Position numbers and translations under genes: made by a program | The notes under the pieces: generated by a model | The model's database searches: none | What the model saw: only the letters and a program-made list of their open reading frames with translations | Told to the model about the DNA's origin: nothing | DNA from: a virus | Taxonomy: Duplodnaviria > Caudoviricetes | Virus record (IMG/VR): IMGVR_UViG_3300020045_001776 | Location: 1 to 38,891 of that record | Length of the DNA stretch: 38,891 nt | Reading direction: 5' to 3' (one strand) | Part shown: positions 8,902-17,433 of the stretch, piece after piece | Layout: every line of letters starts with the position of its first letter | Position numbering within the stretch: the first letter of the stretch is position 1

Positions 8902-10511
8902 TGCTTAGGCCGTACCAACAAAGAGCAATTGACCAGCTATACGAATGGTTCAGCGCTGGCAACGATGGAAACCCTTGCTTAGTCCTACCAACTGGCGCGG
9001 GTAAGTCTCACATCATCGCTGCACTGGTGAAGGATGCTATCCAATCATGGCCTGGTACACGGGTATTGATGTTGACGCACGCTAAGGAGCTTATCAGCCA
9101 GAACTCAGAGAAAATGCGCCAGCACTGGCCTAATGCACCGATGGGAATCTACTCTGCAAGCCTTAGGAGGTTTTGCCTGACTGAGCCTATCGTTTTTGCA
9201 GGCATCCAAAGCGTGGCAAAGCGTGGCCAGCAGATAGGCCATATTGATCTCTGCATTGTGGATGAATGCCATTCAATCAGCCCGACTGGCGAAGGTGCGT
9301 ATCGTGAGCTAATCAATGACCTAATGGCTATCAATCCAGACATGCGCGTCATTGGATTGACGGCTAGCCCATACCGTCTAGGTCACGGAATGATTCATGA
9401 AGGCGACCACGTTCTATTCAGTGACTTGATTGAGCCAGTTTCAATCGAGGAGCTAATTACAAGCGGATACCTTTCACCACTGCGAAGCAAACACACAAGC
9501 TTGATGTTAAGCACGCAAGGCGTTACAAAATCGGCCGGTGAGTTCGTTGGTAAGTCTCTGGAGCTAGCGGTTAACACGTTTTACAATAACGCACGCGCAG
9601 TTCACGAGACAATCGCACGCGCCAAAGATCGCAAAAGCTGGATTGTGTTTTGCGCCGGAGTACAGCACAGCTTAGACGTGCGCGACATGCTACGACAAAA
9701 CGGCATAAGCGCCGAAGCCGTGACAGGAAAAACACCAGCGGCAGAGCGTGACAAAATCTTGAATGACTTTAAAGCAGGACGAATTCAAGCTGTTACAAAT
9801 TGCGCAGTGCTGACCACTGGTTTTGATGCACCTAGCATTGATTGCGTGGTGTTTTTACGTCCTACCCTATCGCCTGGACTTTACTATCAAATGGCGGGAC
9901 GAGGTTTGCGCGTGGCAGACGGTAAGACTGATTGCATGGTTCTAGACTTCGCCGGTAACGTAGCTACCCACGGCCCAATCACCCAGATAACACCACCTGG
10001 ACGCAAGCGCAAAGGCGAAGGCACAGCCCCAACGAAAACATGCCCAAAGTGTGACGAAATATGCGCAGCTAACGCCCGCCAATGTCAGTGCGGCCATGAG
10101 TTTCCAGAGCCTGAAAAGATTGAGAAAGCTGTATTTCTTCGCGCTGATTGCATCATGGGCCTAGAACCCACAGAGCTACCTGTTACTGAGTGGCACTGGA
10201 AAAAGCACACCAGCCGCACCAGTGGCCTAGAAATGCTCATGGTGAAATATTACAGCGGCTTAAATGGCCCAATAATCTCTGAATACTTCCCGACTCAGCA
10301 CGAGAACTATGCAGGGACTAAAGCCCGTCAAATGGTAGCTACGCTGGCCCGTAAAGCAGGCGTGACGACACCAGACGAACTCGACGAAGCCGTTAAACAA
10401 CTTAACCAAGGAACACCTCCGAGCATGATTACTTACAAAAAAGAAGGAAAGTTTTTCCGCGTGGTTGATCGTGTTTTTGGTGAATGTGCTACAGTGGTAG
10501 ATCAACTTTAA
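8901..10511 (+). CDS. DEAD/DEAH-box (RadD-like) helicase with C-terminal Zn ribbon
   Basis: LRPYQ, PTGAGKS, DECH, GLTASP, LTTGFDAP, QMAGRGLR, CPKC...CQCG. Confidence 0.9.
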   Translation: MLRPYQQRAIDQLYEWFSAGNDGNPCLVLPTGAGKSHIIAALVKDAIQSWPGTRVLMLTHAKELISQNSEKMRQHWPNAPMGIYSASLRRFCLTEPIVFAGIQSVAKRGQQIGHIDLCIVDECHSISPTGEGAYRELINDLMAINPDMRVIGLTASPYRLGHGMIHEGDHVLFSDLIEPVSIEELITSGYLSPLRSKHTSLMLSTQGVTKSAGEFVGKSLELAVNTFYNNARAVHETIARAKDRKSWIVFCAGVQHSLDVRDMLRQNGISAEAVTGKTPAAERDKILNDFKAGRIQAVTNCAVLTTGFDAPSIDCVVFLRPTLSPGLYYQMAGRGLRVADGKTDCMVLDFAGNVATHGPITQITPPGRKRKGEGTAPTKTCPKCDEICAANARQCQCGHEFPEPEKIEKAVFLRADCIMGLEPTELPVTEWHWKKHTSRTSGLEMLMVKYYSGLNGPIISEYFPTQHENYAGTKARQMVATLARKAGVTTPDELDEAVKQLNQGTPPSMITYKKEGKFFRVVDRVFGECATVVDQL

Positions 10512-10521
10512 GGGATAGAAA

Positions 10522-11085
10522 ATGCGCGTTTTAATAGCTTGCGAATATTCAGGACGGGTGCGAGAGGCATTCGCAAAATTAGGACATGACGCTATGTCGT
10601 GCGACTTATTGCCAACAGAGCAACCCGGCAAACATTACCAAGGATCTGTTTTTGATGTGATTAATGATGGCTGGGACTTGATGATATGCCACCCGCCATG
10701 CACGCACTTAGCCGTATCCGGTGCGCGTCACTTTGCAGCAAAGAAATCAAGCGGCGTACAGGACGAAGCACTTGATTTTGTACGCGCTTTGCTTAATGCA
10801 TCGATTGACAAAATAGCACTTGAAAACCCGGTAAGCATTATTTCAAGCCGTATCAAGCCAGCAAGCCAATATATCCAACCGTGGGAACACGGGCACGGAG
10901 AAACAAAGAAAACAGGCCTATGGCTTAAAAACTTGCCATTATTGAAGCCGTCAAACATCGTAGATGGACGCGCCGACATAGTTCACAAAATGCCACCTGG
11001 ACCAGATCGCTGGAAAAACAGAAGCCGCACATATCAAGGCATTGCCGATGCAATGGCAGCGCAGTGGGGAATTTTGAAATGCTAA
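10522..11085 (+). CDS. short DNA cytosine-C5 methyltransferase-like protein
   Basis: RVLIACEYSG (motif I-like), HPPCT (catalytic PC), ALENP, RSRTYQGIADAMA. Confidence 0.7.
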   Translation: MRVLIACEYSGRVREAFAKLGHDAMSCDLLPTEQPGKHYQGSVFDVINDGWDLMICHPPCTHLAVSGARHFAAKKSSGVQDEALDFVRALLNASIDKIALENPVSIISSRIKPASQYIQPWEHGHGETKKTGLWLKNLPLLKPSNIVDGRADIVHKMPPGPDRWKNRSRTYQGIADAMAAQWGILKC

Positions 11086-11249
11086 CCAAAAAAGAAAAAC
11101 TCCAACTAGACACGCTGAAAGCCCAACTAGAAGCCGAAAAAGAAAAATCAGCTAAAGCGTTTGAAGCATACGGCAATGTTCTTTATGAATTGGTTGAAGT
11201 GAAAATCAAGCTATCTCGCATTGAAGCGGTTTTGCGGGGTGAGGAATGA
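11079..11249 (+). CDS. small coiled-coil hypothetical protein
   Basis: GGGGA RBS, ATG 11079, ATGA overlap with next gene. Confidence 0.65.
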   Translation: MLTKKEKLQLDTLKAQLEAEKEKSAKAFEAYGNVLYELVEVKIKLSRIEAVLRGEE

Positions 11250-11710
11250 TTTACATAGGCATTGACCCTGGACTGCGAAGTGGCGCGTGGGGAGCCATTG
11301 ACCATAATGGCGCGTTTGTCGCCTGCGGAGACATTGACAGCGCGAATGATCGCGTACTGCCACGGATGCTAAAGATAGCCCTGCAAGCTGCTATTAAGAT
11401 GGGGCAGGACGGCGCTGATATTGTTATCGAGCAGGTAGGAGTAATGCCAGGGCAAGGTATTGCCAGTACGGGGAAATTTATGCGTGCTACTGGCACCATT
11501 GAAGCCGTGGTTGATCTATTGCTTTACCCGTATGAGTACGTCACCCCTCAGAAGTGGAAAAAGCACCACGGGCTAATCGGAACAGAAAAGAAAGCTAGCC
11601 TAGTGCTAGCCCGTGAGAAGTGGCCCACCGCTCCGCTAAAGCTAGTCAAGCACCACGGACGGGCTGACGCTTTGCTAATGGCTGAATGGCTATTGCATGA
11701 AAATAATTAG
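11246..11710 (+). CDS. RuvC-like Holliday junction resolvase
   Basis: YIGIDPG..GA, IVIEQV, VTPQKWKK, GRADALLMA. Confidence 0.85.
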   Translation: MIYIGIDPGLRSGAWGAIDHNGAFVACGDIDSANDRVLPRMLKIALQAAIKMGQDGADIVIEQVGVMPGQGIASTGKFMRATGTIEAVVDLLLYPYEYVTPQKWKKHHGLIGTEKKASLVLAREKWPTAPLKLVKHHGRADALLMAEWLLHENN

Positions 11711-11747
11711 AGGTTGTGGCGCAAAGTGTAAAAAGTGCGCTACACTT

Positions 11748-11779
11748 ACTCACCAACTAACCAACTCACCAACCAACCA
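11748..11779 (+). repeat. four tandem 8-mers ACTCACCA/ACTAACCA/ACTCACCA/ACCAACCA
   Basis: Read directly; lies between putative -10 (11736-11746) and AGGA RBS. Confidence 0.75.
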
Positions 11780-11789
11780 AGGATAGAAA

Positions 11790-11987
11790 ATGACACCAAT
11801 CAATAACTTTTGTGATCATTCACCAGTTGAAATCAGTGGATCAATTCACCCAACATGCGGGAAACTTGTTTCAATTATTCAGGATTTAGGATCAATGCGA
11901 TTCCAGCACGACATGACACCAGCACAAGCCCGCGAAATGGCCGCTGCTTTGATTGCTGAGGCTAACCAGTTGGAGATGGAATTGTGA
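11790..11987 (+). CDS. hypothetical protein
   Basis: AAGGA RBS; MTPAQAREMAAALI motif. Confidence 0.7.
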   Translation: MTPINNFCDHSPVEISGSIHPTCGKLVSIIQDLGSMRFQHDMTPAQAREMAAALIAEANQLEMEL

Positions 11988-12205
11988 ACTACATCTATAA
12001 ATTTTTAGGCGGTGAGCTTGATTGTGAACTCGACTACGAACCAGCAGAACTCGGAAGCCGTGAACGTGGTACTGGTTTGCAGCTTGAGCCTGATTCTCCT
12101 GAGCGTGCTTATTTGGTAACAGCAGAGATTAACGGCGTTGATATTTTAGAGTGGTTATCAGAAGAAGTTATTGGATTGATTGAAGCAAAGGCACTAGAAA
12201 AATGA
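11984..12205 (+). CDS. acidic hypothetical protein
   Basis: GTGA overlap with upstream stop; ATGA overlap downstream. Confidence 0.7.
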   Translation: MNYIYKFLGGELDCELDYEPAELGSRERGTGLQLEPDSPERAYLVTAEINGVDILEWLSEEVIGLIEAKALEK

Positions 12206-12402
12206 CAGACAAAGAAATCTACGAATCAGCACTGAGAAACAAGGTTCAGATTGAGGACTATCTAAACCAAAAACGCTGCTTCGACTGTGACAACTTGGAC
12301 AAGTTAGCCGGTAACGTCTGCAAGTTTAACGGAGGAGTACCTGACGATTATTTGTACTCCACAAACGAATGCGGAGACTTTCATTATTTGATTCCATTTT
12401 AA
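12202..12402 (+). CDS. small Cys-rich hypothetical protein
   Basis: CFDC...C...C, ends IPF; coupled to upstream gene. Confidence 0.7.
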   Translation: MTDKEIYESALRNKVQIEDYLNQKRCFDCDNLDKLAGNVCKFNGGVPDDYLYSTNECGDFHYLIPF

Positions 12403-12436
12403 CTGTGCTACAATAAAGATTCAACAAAGGAACAAA

Positions 12437-12604
12437 ATGCAAACACGTAAATACTCACGCACAATGGACGAGGCTTTCCCATTCGGCCCGTCATACGGTA
12501 GCGCCATTGAAAAGCCCCGTAAAACTGAGCAATGGCTTGACTATGCCGCTGTACTGGTCATCGGTGTATTGCTAGCCTATGGCCTTATGGCGTATCTCGT
12601 ATGA
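12437..12604 (+). CDS. 55-aa protein with C-terminal TM helix (not in ORF track)
   Basis: AAGGA RBS; MQTRKYSRTMDEAFPFGPSYGSAIE...AAVLVIGVLLAYGLMAYLV. Confidence 0.7.
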   Translation: MQTRKYSRTMDEAFPFGPSYGSAIEKPRKTEQWLDYAAVLVIGVLLAYGLMAYLV

Positions 12605-12774
12605 CAAAAAAAGCTACTACAAAATACCCGACGCTTCGGGTTCGGGTTAGCCAAGAGATGTACGACAAAGCCTACCGCACTGGTTGGCCTGAGTCAGTCA
12701 AAGAATTTATCAACAACACCAAGGAAAAACAAAATGAGCAAGAAACCACAAAAAGCAACAGCGCCACAAATTAA
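12601..12774 (+). CDS. 57-aa possible ribbon-helix-helix DNA-binding protein (not in ORF track)
   Basis: ATGA coupling; YPTLRVRVSQEMYDKAYR alternating strand then helix. Confidence 0.5.
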   Translation: MTKKATTKYPTLRVRVSQEMYDKAYRTGWPESVKEFINNTKEKQNEQETTKSNSATN

Positions 12775-12940
12775 CAAAATGGCAGGTAGCTACGACGGAG
12801 CAGAGCTGCGCCCGTACGATGGACGCCCTGGCGCGATGGATGCGTTTGATAAGCCAAGCCTTGTTGGCAATACGCGCATGAAGCACAAACCAATGATCGG
12901 CATGACTAGTCAAGCAAAAACGCCTTTTTACACCAACTGA
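12734..12940 (+). CDS. hypothetical protein
   Basis: AAGGA RBS; YDGAELRP..GRPGAMDAF..PS motif. Confidence 0.7.
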   Translation: MSKKPQKATAPQINKMAGSYDGAELRPYDGRPGAMDAFDKPSLVGNTRMKHKPMIGMTSQAKTPFYTN

Positions 12941-12941
12941 C

Positions 12942-13403
12942 ATGAGCCGCAAGAAGTGTAAGCGTAAGCATTACGACTACGTTAACCCAATCCAACACGC
13001 TATTGAAGGCGCTTGTATTGCTAGTGACGAATTGTTAAATCTGCTTCGCCAACGAGAAAAAAGCATGATTGAATCAATCGTCAATGGCACAAGCGAAGGA
13101 CTTAGCGGGCATCGTGGATTGTGCGAGATGCTTGGAGTGGCTGAGACAATGGGACGCAATGGCATTGGGCATGAAGTCTTGCCAGCGTGCGAAGCTGCTC
13201 AGAATGCGCTAATCAGCTTGAAAAACAGGTTTGATAAGTTGAGCAAGTGGGACATTTTGCCGGCTGAATTGCACGCATTGAATGAGCTATACGAATGGCA
13301 CGACCTTCAGAGATCCAGCATTTCACGCGGTGAATATGAAAAGTTTTTGAAGAATGCAACTAATAGGATGCGAAGCCGTGCGCCTGAAGTTGTTGAAATA
13401 TGA
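12942..13403 (+). CDS. conserved hypothetical phage protein
   Basis: 153 aa ORF tiling between neighbours; basic N-terminus, NPIQHAIEG. Confidence 0.75.
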   Translation: MSRKKCKRKHYDYVNPIQHAIEGACIASDELLNLLRQREKSMIESIVNGTSEGLSGHRGLCEMLGVAETMGRNGIGHEVLPACEAAQNALISLKNRFDKLSKWDILPAELHALNELYEWHDLQRSSISRGEYEKFLKNATNRMRSRAPEVVEI

Positions 13404-13573
13404 AATGCTTTAAATGTGGCAGATCATTACAGTCTGGCACAAAGCACCATTACTTAAATGGTAAGCCTATCGGCCCGACATGCTACGAAGCACTAGGACA
13501 AAAGCCACCAAGCAAAATCACTAACAAAGTTGTTATTAACGATCAACCGGATTTATTTGGAAATACAAAATGA
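13400..13573 (+). CDS. 57-aa Zn-finger protein (DUF6011-like; not in ORF track)
   Basis: MKCFKCGRSL...IGPTCY...QPDLF; ATGA overlaps at both ends. Confidence 0.7.
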   Translation: MKCFKCGRSLQSGTKHHYLNGKPIGPTCYEALGQKPPSKITNKVVINDQPDLFGNTK

Positions 13574-14223
13574 ACGTCACATTACAGTGGGCAACGCCCG
13601 ACGCTGATAAACATATCATGTTCATGGCGCGGGTCAGCAACCCAGATAACCAGCACAGCGACAAAACACGCTTGCTTCATTACTGCATGGAAGAAGGCCA
13701 CGTAAGCCCATTCGAAATGGCTTCGGCTTGCTTGGAGATCAACACCACGCGAGACATTGGCCGTCAGATTCTTCGCCACCGTAGCTTCAGTTTTCAGGAG
13801 TTCAGCCAGCGTTATGCAGATGTCGGCGCACTGCCTGATGCGGAGTTGCGTGAGTGCCGTTTGCAGCACACAAAGAACAGGCAGAAAAGCGTAGAAACAA
13901 ACGACTTGCATTTAATTGAAGCGTTTGAATATGCCCAACAAGAAGTCATTGCAATGGCAACTAAGCAATACAAGCAAATGCTATTAATGGGTGTTTCAAA
14001 AGAACAAGCACGCGCACTCTTGCCTGAAGGATTGACCAGCAGCCGCCTCTACATGAACGGAACTATGCGGTCTTGGATTCATTATCTGAAGCAACGGCTG
14101 CACCCATCAACCCAAAAAGAACACCGCCTAATCGCTCAAGAAGTATTAGATATTTTGCGCACAGTGGCACCCGTCACAATGTCGGCGTTTTTCCCGCTGG
14201 AGGTGTCCGATGCAGTGCATTAA
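13570..14223 (+). CDS. thyX: FAD-dependent thymidylate synthase
   Basis: ThyX motif RHRSFSFQEFSQRY, HVSPFE, EQARALLP, TQKEHR. Confidence 0.95.
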   Translation: MNVTLQWATPDADKHIMFMARVSNPDNQHSDKTRLLHYCMEEGHVSPFEMASACLEINTTRDIGRQILRHRSFSFQEFSQRYADVGALPDAELRECRLQHTKNRQKSVETNDLHLIEAFEYAQQEVIAMATKQYKQMLLMGVSKEQARALLPEGLTSSRLYMNGTMRSWIHYLKQRLHPSTQKEHRLIAQEVLDILRTVAPVTMSAFFPLEVSDAVH

Positions 14224-14398
14224 TGATGATTGCGACAGCATGAAAACAATGGCAGTCGAAACATACAAGACGCCCGCTGCGGTGTACCGGGTGCGCAAGT
14301 GCCCAAAGTGCGGCACGCGCTACACGACAAATGAAGTGCTTGCTAGAGATCAGACAATACCCGAAAAGATACGCCAAGTTAAGCGCAGGACTTCATGA
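14210..14398 (+). CDS. Zn-ribbon protein (NrdR N-terminus/Ogr-like)
   Basis: GGAGG RBS; C..C...RVRKCPKCGTRYTTNE. Confidence 0.65.
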   Translation: MQCINDDCDSMKTMAVETYKTPAAVYRVRKCPKCGTRYTTNEVLARDQTIPEKIRQVKRRTS

Positions 14399-14601
14399 CA
14401 CACAAACTAAGTAGTGACGGCGCGGCCGTTGTAGCGCCTGAGTTTCATTGGTTACCGATTGATAGTAATACGCCACGCGGTGTAAGCATGTTGTTAATTA
14501 ACAAAAACTCAGGCGTACTACAAAAAGGCCAGTACACCGCAGGCGATACATTTTTCACACATTGGGCACCAAACCCAACTTTCAAAAAGGAAAACAAATG
14601 A
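14395..14601 (+). CDS. hypothetical protein (DUF551-like)
   Basis: WLPIDSNTPRG...LL...FTHWAPNP. Confidence 0.65.
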   Translation: MTHKLSSDGAAVVAPEFHWLPIDSNTPRGVSMLLINKNSGVLQKGQYTAGDTFFTHWAPNPTFKKENK

Positions 14602-14801
14602 ATCTTGAAGAAATTAAAACAATGATTAAAAAATTGGATGATCCAACTTTAATTGAATACTTCCAAATTGCAAAAAGTGATTGTGAATCAGCATCTGTTA
14701 ATGATCCAAATTCAGATTGGCATGAACAATGTTTTTCTGCAGTTCTTGTGCTTAGTCAGGAAATGATTGAACGCAAATTATCTTTATCAACACTTTACTA
14801 A
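14598..14801 (+). CDS. AT-rich hypothetical protein
   Basis: AAGGA RBS and ATG 14598; flanked by a 16-bp direct repeat. Confidence 0.65.
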   Translation: MNLEEIKTMIKKLDDPTLIEYFQIAKSDCESASVNDPNSDWHEQCFSAVLVLSQEMIERKLSLSTLY

Positions 14802-14811
14802 AGGAAAACAA

Positions 14812-15114
14812 ATGAGCTACGCACAAGTAGAAATTGATATTATTAGATGGGCTGAAGCCCGTAAGATTCTGCCAAATGCAACTAGTCAAACCCAGCTACT
14901 CAAGACTGTTTCAGAACTTGGAGAACTTGCTGACGCGCTTATCAAAGGCGATAAAGCGGGAATTATTGACGGCCTAGGAGATGTACTGGTGACGCTGATT
15001 ATCGTTGCAGCTAAGGAAAATCTAGACCTTACCACGTGCCTTAAATCAGCTTACAACGAGATCAAAGACCGCACAGGTACGATGATGCCGAATGGTGTAT
15101 TTGTCAAGGATTGA
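14812..15114 (+). CDS. MazG-like nucleotide pyrophosphohydrolase
   Basis: QLLKTVSELGELA...IIDGLGDVLVTLII...AYNEIKDRTG. Confidence 0.85.
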   Translation: MSYAQVEIDIIRWAEARKILPNATSQTQLLKTVSELGELADALIKGDKAGIIDGLGDVLVTLIIVAAKENLDLTTCLKSAYNEIKDRTGTMMPNGVFVKD

Positions 15115-15116
15115 CA

Positions 15117-15233
15117 ATGAAGTCATTTGCGTTGGTTGCAACTTTGATTGCAGTAGCTATTGCTTTTAAAGCATGGCAATGCGGTGAGTTATTCCCTGAT
15201 GCAAACTTACTAGCTTGCATGGTGTTTAGATAA
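15117..15233 (+). CDS. 38-aa hydrophobic peptide (not in ORF track)
   Basis: AAGGA upstream; MKSFALVATLIAVAIAFKAWQCGELFPDANLLACMVFR; ends right before the terminator. Confidence 0.5.
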   Translation: MKSFALVATLIAVAIAFKAWQCGELFPDANLLACMVFR

Positions 15234-15262
15234 AGAAAAGCCCGCATAACGCGGGCCTTTTT
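15234..15262. terminator. bidirectional intrinsic terminator between early and late arms
   Basis: AAAA-GCCCGC-ATAAC-GCGGGC-CTTTTT between convergent stops. Confidence 0.8.
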
Positions 15263-15782
15263 ATTTTGATGGTTTGAAACTTTCAATACCTTTTCCAATT
15301 TGTCTTAGTCCAGCGTAAGCCCAAGGTAAAGCAAGCAAAAGCATCAAAACTTCAACAGATGGAGAATCTTTTGTAAACACATAAACCAATGCAGCAGACA
15401 AACTAAGCCATGATTGTGCTGGCCTCGTTCGTCTTACAAATACATCTTCTGCAACATCACCTGATTGAATAGTTTTTTGAGTTGTTTCATGTTCTGCTTT
15501 TAAATCATCAAGTTCCTGCTTGTGAATTATTCTCAAATGCTCTCGAATGCTTGCATCATTTTGAATAGTCAGCTCACGCAACCTTATAACAGTTTGAGGA
15601 TTTGTTTGTAATGCTTCTAATGCTTCAGTTGGGTTATTGGTTCCTGTTGCACTCGACACAAGCGCAACACCAGCAGCGACAGCGCCTGGAATGTTTCCTG
15701 TAATAAGTGAACCAACTAAAGTAGCGCCGGTACCCGCATTACCTTTTAGCCAATCACCAACATCAGACCAATTTATTGACAT
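15261..15782 (-). CDS. putative holin (3TM/GTA-type family)
   Basis: AAGGAGG RBS, ATG 15782; directly after endolysin; FVRRTRP followed by hydrophobic helices and YAGLRQIGK. Confidence 0.7.
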   Translation of the reverse strand: MSINWSDVGDWLKGNAGTGATLVGSLITGNIPGAVAAGVALVSSATGTNNPTEALEALQTNPQTVIRLRELTIQNDASIREHLRIIHKQELDDLKAEHETTQKTIQSGDVAEDVFVRRTRPAQSWLSLSAALVYVFTKDSPSVEVLMLLLALPWAYAGLRQIGKGIESFKPSK

Positions 15783-15783
15783 G

Positions 15784-16263
15784 TCAAGCCTCCTTGAGAA
15801 TTTCAGCCACACGCCGCACCCACCCACGCCCGAACGCAGGCCAGTTGCTCAGATTAGCCATGAATTCAAGCCTTTGACCGTTCATACGTGCCAGCGTCTT
15901 TTGTGGATCATTGAAATTAGCAGTACCCAATGTGACAGGCCCAATCTTGCCGTCATCAACCACGCCTAGCGCACGCTGAAGCCATTTAATCGCCTGACCA
16001 GTGCCAGAGTTAACAGCAGCGTCAAAAACACTGTAACGTAGTGATTCAGGCAGTTGATCTGCGCGAACTGGTGTCCAGTATGCAGAGCGGTAAATGGCTT
16101 TAGCCTTATCCACTGGCAAGTCGCGCATATCACCAGTATAACCAGCCTCACGCGCCACGGCTTCAGTGACACCCCAATTTGTCGCTCCGCCTTTATCGTC
16201 TTTATGATTGACGTATCCGCCCTCATGCCCGAGCAACTTATCAAACGCTTGGTCAAAATTCAT
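15784..16263 (-). CDS. endolysin, glycoside hydrolase 108 + peptidoglycan-binding domain
   Basis: HEGGYVNHKDDKGGATNWGVT, FDAAVNSG, LQRALGV.DDGKIGP.T, FGRGWVRR. Confidence 0.92.
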   Translation of the reverse strand: MNFDQAFDKLLGHEGGYVNHKDDKGGATNWGVTEAVAREAGYTGDMRDLPVDKAKAIYRSAYWTPVRADQLPESLRYSVFDAAVNSGTGQAIKWLQRALGVVDDGKIGPVTLGTANFNDPQKTLARMNGQRLEFMANLSNWPAFGRGWVRRVAEILKEA

Positions 16264-16312
16264 GGCCGTTTACTCCAGTTTTGCAACCAATAGAACCACA
16301 CCACAGCGGCCA

Positions 16313-16471
16313 TCATTTGAAGTCATCCTGCTGAAAGCAAGCGCATCCGCGAGTTATATCTTTAAGCGTCAATACCTCTTTGCGAAGCATGGAAATTTCT
16401 TCTTTGTGCAGCCGTAACTCTTGCATAAATTCAACCAACATCAAAGCTAGTTTTTCAATTGAATCACTCAT
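16313..16471 (-). CDS. 52-aa coiled-coil hypothetical protein (not in ORF track)
   Basis: GGAG RBS, ATGA overlap; MSDSIEKLALMLVEFMQELRLHKEEISMLRKEVLTLKDITRGCACFQQDDFK. Confidence 0.6.
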   Translation of the reverse strand: MSDSIEKLALMLVEFMQELRLHKEEISMLRKEVLTLKDITRGCACFQQDDFK

Positions 16472-16875
16472 TTTTGCTCCAAAAGCACAGTCGTGCTATC
16501 CCATAAAATGTGGCACTGGTGACGGGCAACTAATCGCAAAGGCGTAGCGTCTGGTGTAATAGCCCACGGCCCCCACGTTTGCAAACCCTCTGCGCGACTT
16601 TTACCGTGGTCACGTAAATGACGATCTGAGAACTCAAGGCTTAGATAAGACTCACCAGAATACGCCGCCACTTCAATAAATCGGCAGTCTCTTACTTTTT
16701 GCATGCTTCCAGCAATGACTAGCGACCCATGATCCCGGTCTGAGTAAGTCACTGTAAATCCAGTGACTACCGGCATATAACGATGCTCAATCCATTGAAA
16801 AACAATGATTGATGACACCACAACGGACATAAATACAAGCCCGAAAAGTGCCACCCATTTAGCGTGTTTAAGCAC
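16468..16875 (-). CDS. N-terminally membrane-anchored hypothetical protein
   Basis: One N-terminal TM helix then beta-rich domain with two Cys. Confidence 0.7.
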   Translation of the reverse strand: MLKHAKWVALFGLVFMSVVVSSIIVFQWIEHRYMPVVTGFTVTYSDRDHGSLVIAGSMQKVRDCRFIEVAAYSGESYLSLEFSDRHLRDHGKSRAEGLQTWGPWAITPDATPLRLVARHQCHILWDSTTVLLEQK

Positions 16876-17083
16876 TCAGCCCGCCGCGCAGTATGAACTG
16901 CATACCAGCCATAACAATCGCAGCAATGACAGCCCACACAAGGCGCGAGATATTGCCGTTGATCTGATGTAACTCTGCTTTAATGCCGCTCATAGACTGC
17001 TCCAACAAAGCAATACGAATCGCGTGATCTTGCTCTCTGCGCCCGTCTTTTGGCATATGTGGTTGTGAATCTTCAAAGTTCAT
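16868..17083 (-). CDS. XhlA-like small membrane protein (lysis accessory)
   Basis: RIALLEQ coiled coil then single TM (WAVIAAIVMAGMQFILRGG); ATGA coupling at 17083. Confidence 0.65.
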   Translation of the reverse strand: MNFEDSQPHMPKDGRREQDHAIRIALLEQSMSGIKAELHQINGNISRLVWAVIAAIVMAGMQFILRGGLSA

Positions 17084-17433
17084 GCGCAATGTCCGCCTGG
17101 ATTAGGGTCAAAAGGGTCAAGTAAGTGAGAGCAAATACTGCGCGCATGTTTCTGACGACGACCAGGAGGCCCAGCCATGTAACGCTGCAAACGGTCAGTA
17201 ACTAACTCACCAAATGAGCGAGGCCATTCACCAAACCACAGCGCCGCAATGGTGAAATTGATAAACCAGTCAAGCAGGTATCCAACCAAAAGCGCAGGGA
17301 ATCCGAGCACTTTAGCCGGTGTACTTAGACGCCCTAGCAAGTGCGCACGGTACATCCCAATCACAATCAGATAGAGATACCACAGCGCCCACAGCGCCAG
17401 TGCAGATCCTCCGACTAAGTGCCACGCATTCAC
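17080..17433 (-). CDS. membrane-associated conserved phage protein
   Basis: Two hydrophobic segments; ELVTDRLQRY...ICSHLLDPFDP..GHC. Confidence 0.7.
   Translation of the reverse strand: MNAWHLVGGSALALWALWYLYLIVIGMYRAHLLGRLSTPAKVLGFPALLVGYLLDWFINFTIAALWFGEWPRSFGELVTDRLQRYMAGPPGRRQKHARSICSHLLDPFDPNPGGHCA

Noticed and set aside
13570-15114. Hypermodified-base pathway from ThyX + MazG
   Set aside because: Both are common phage nucleotide-metabolism genes; no modifying transferases, kinases or dedicated polymerase are visible
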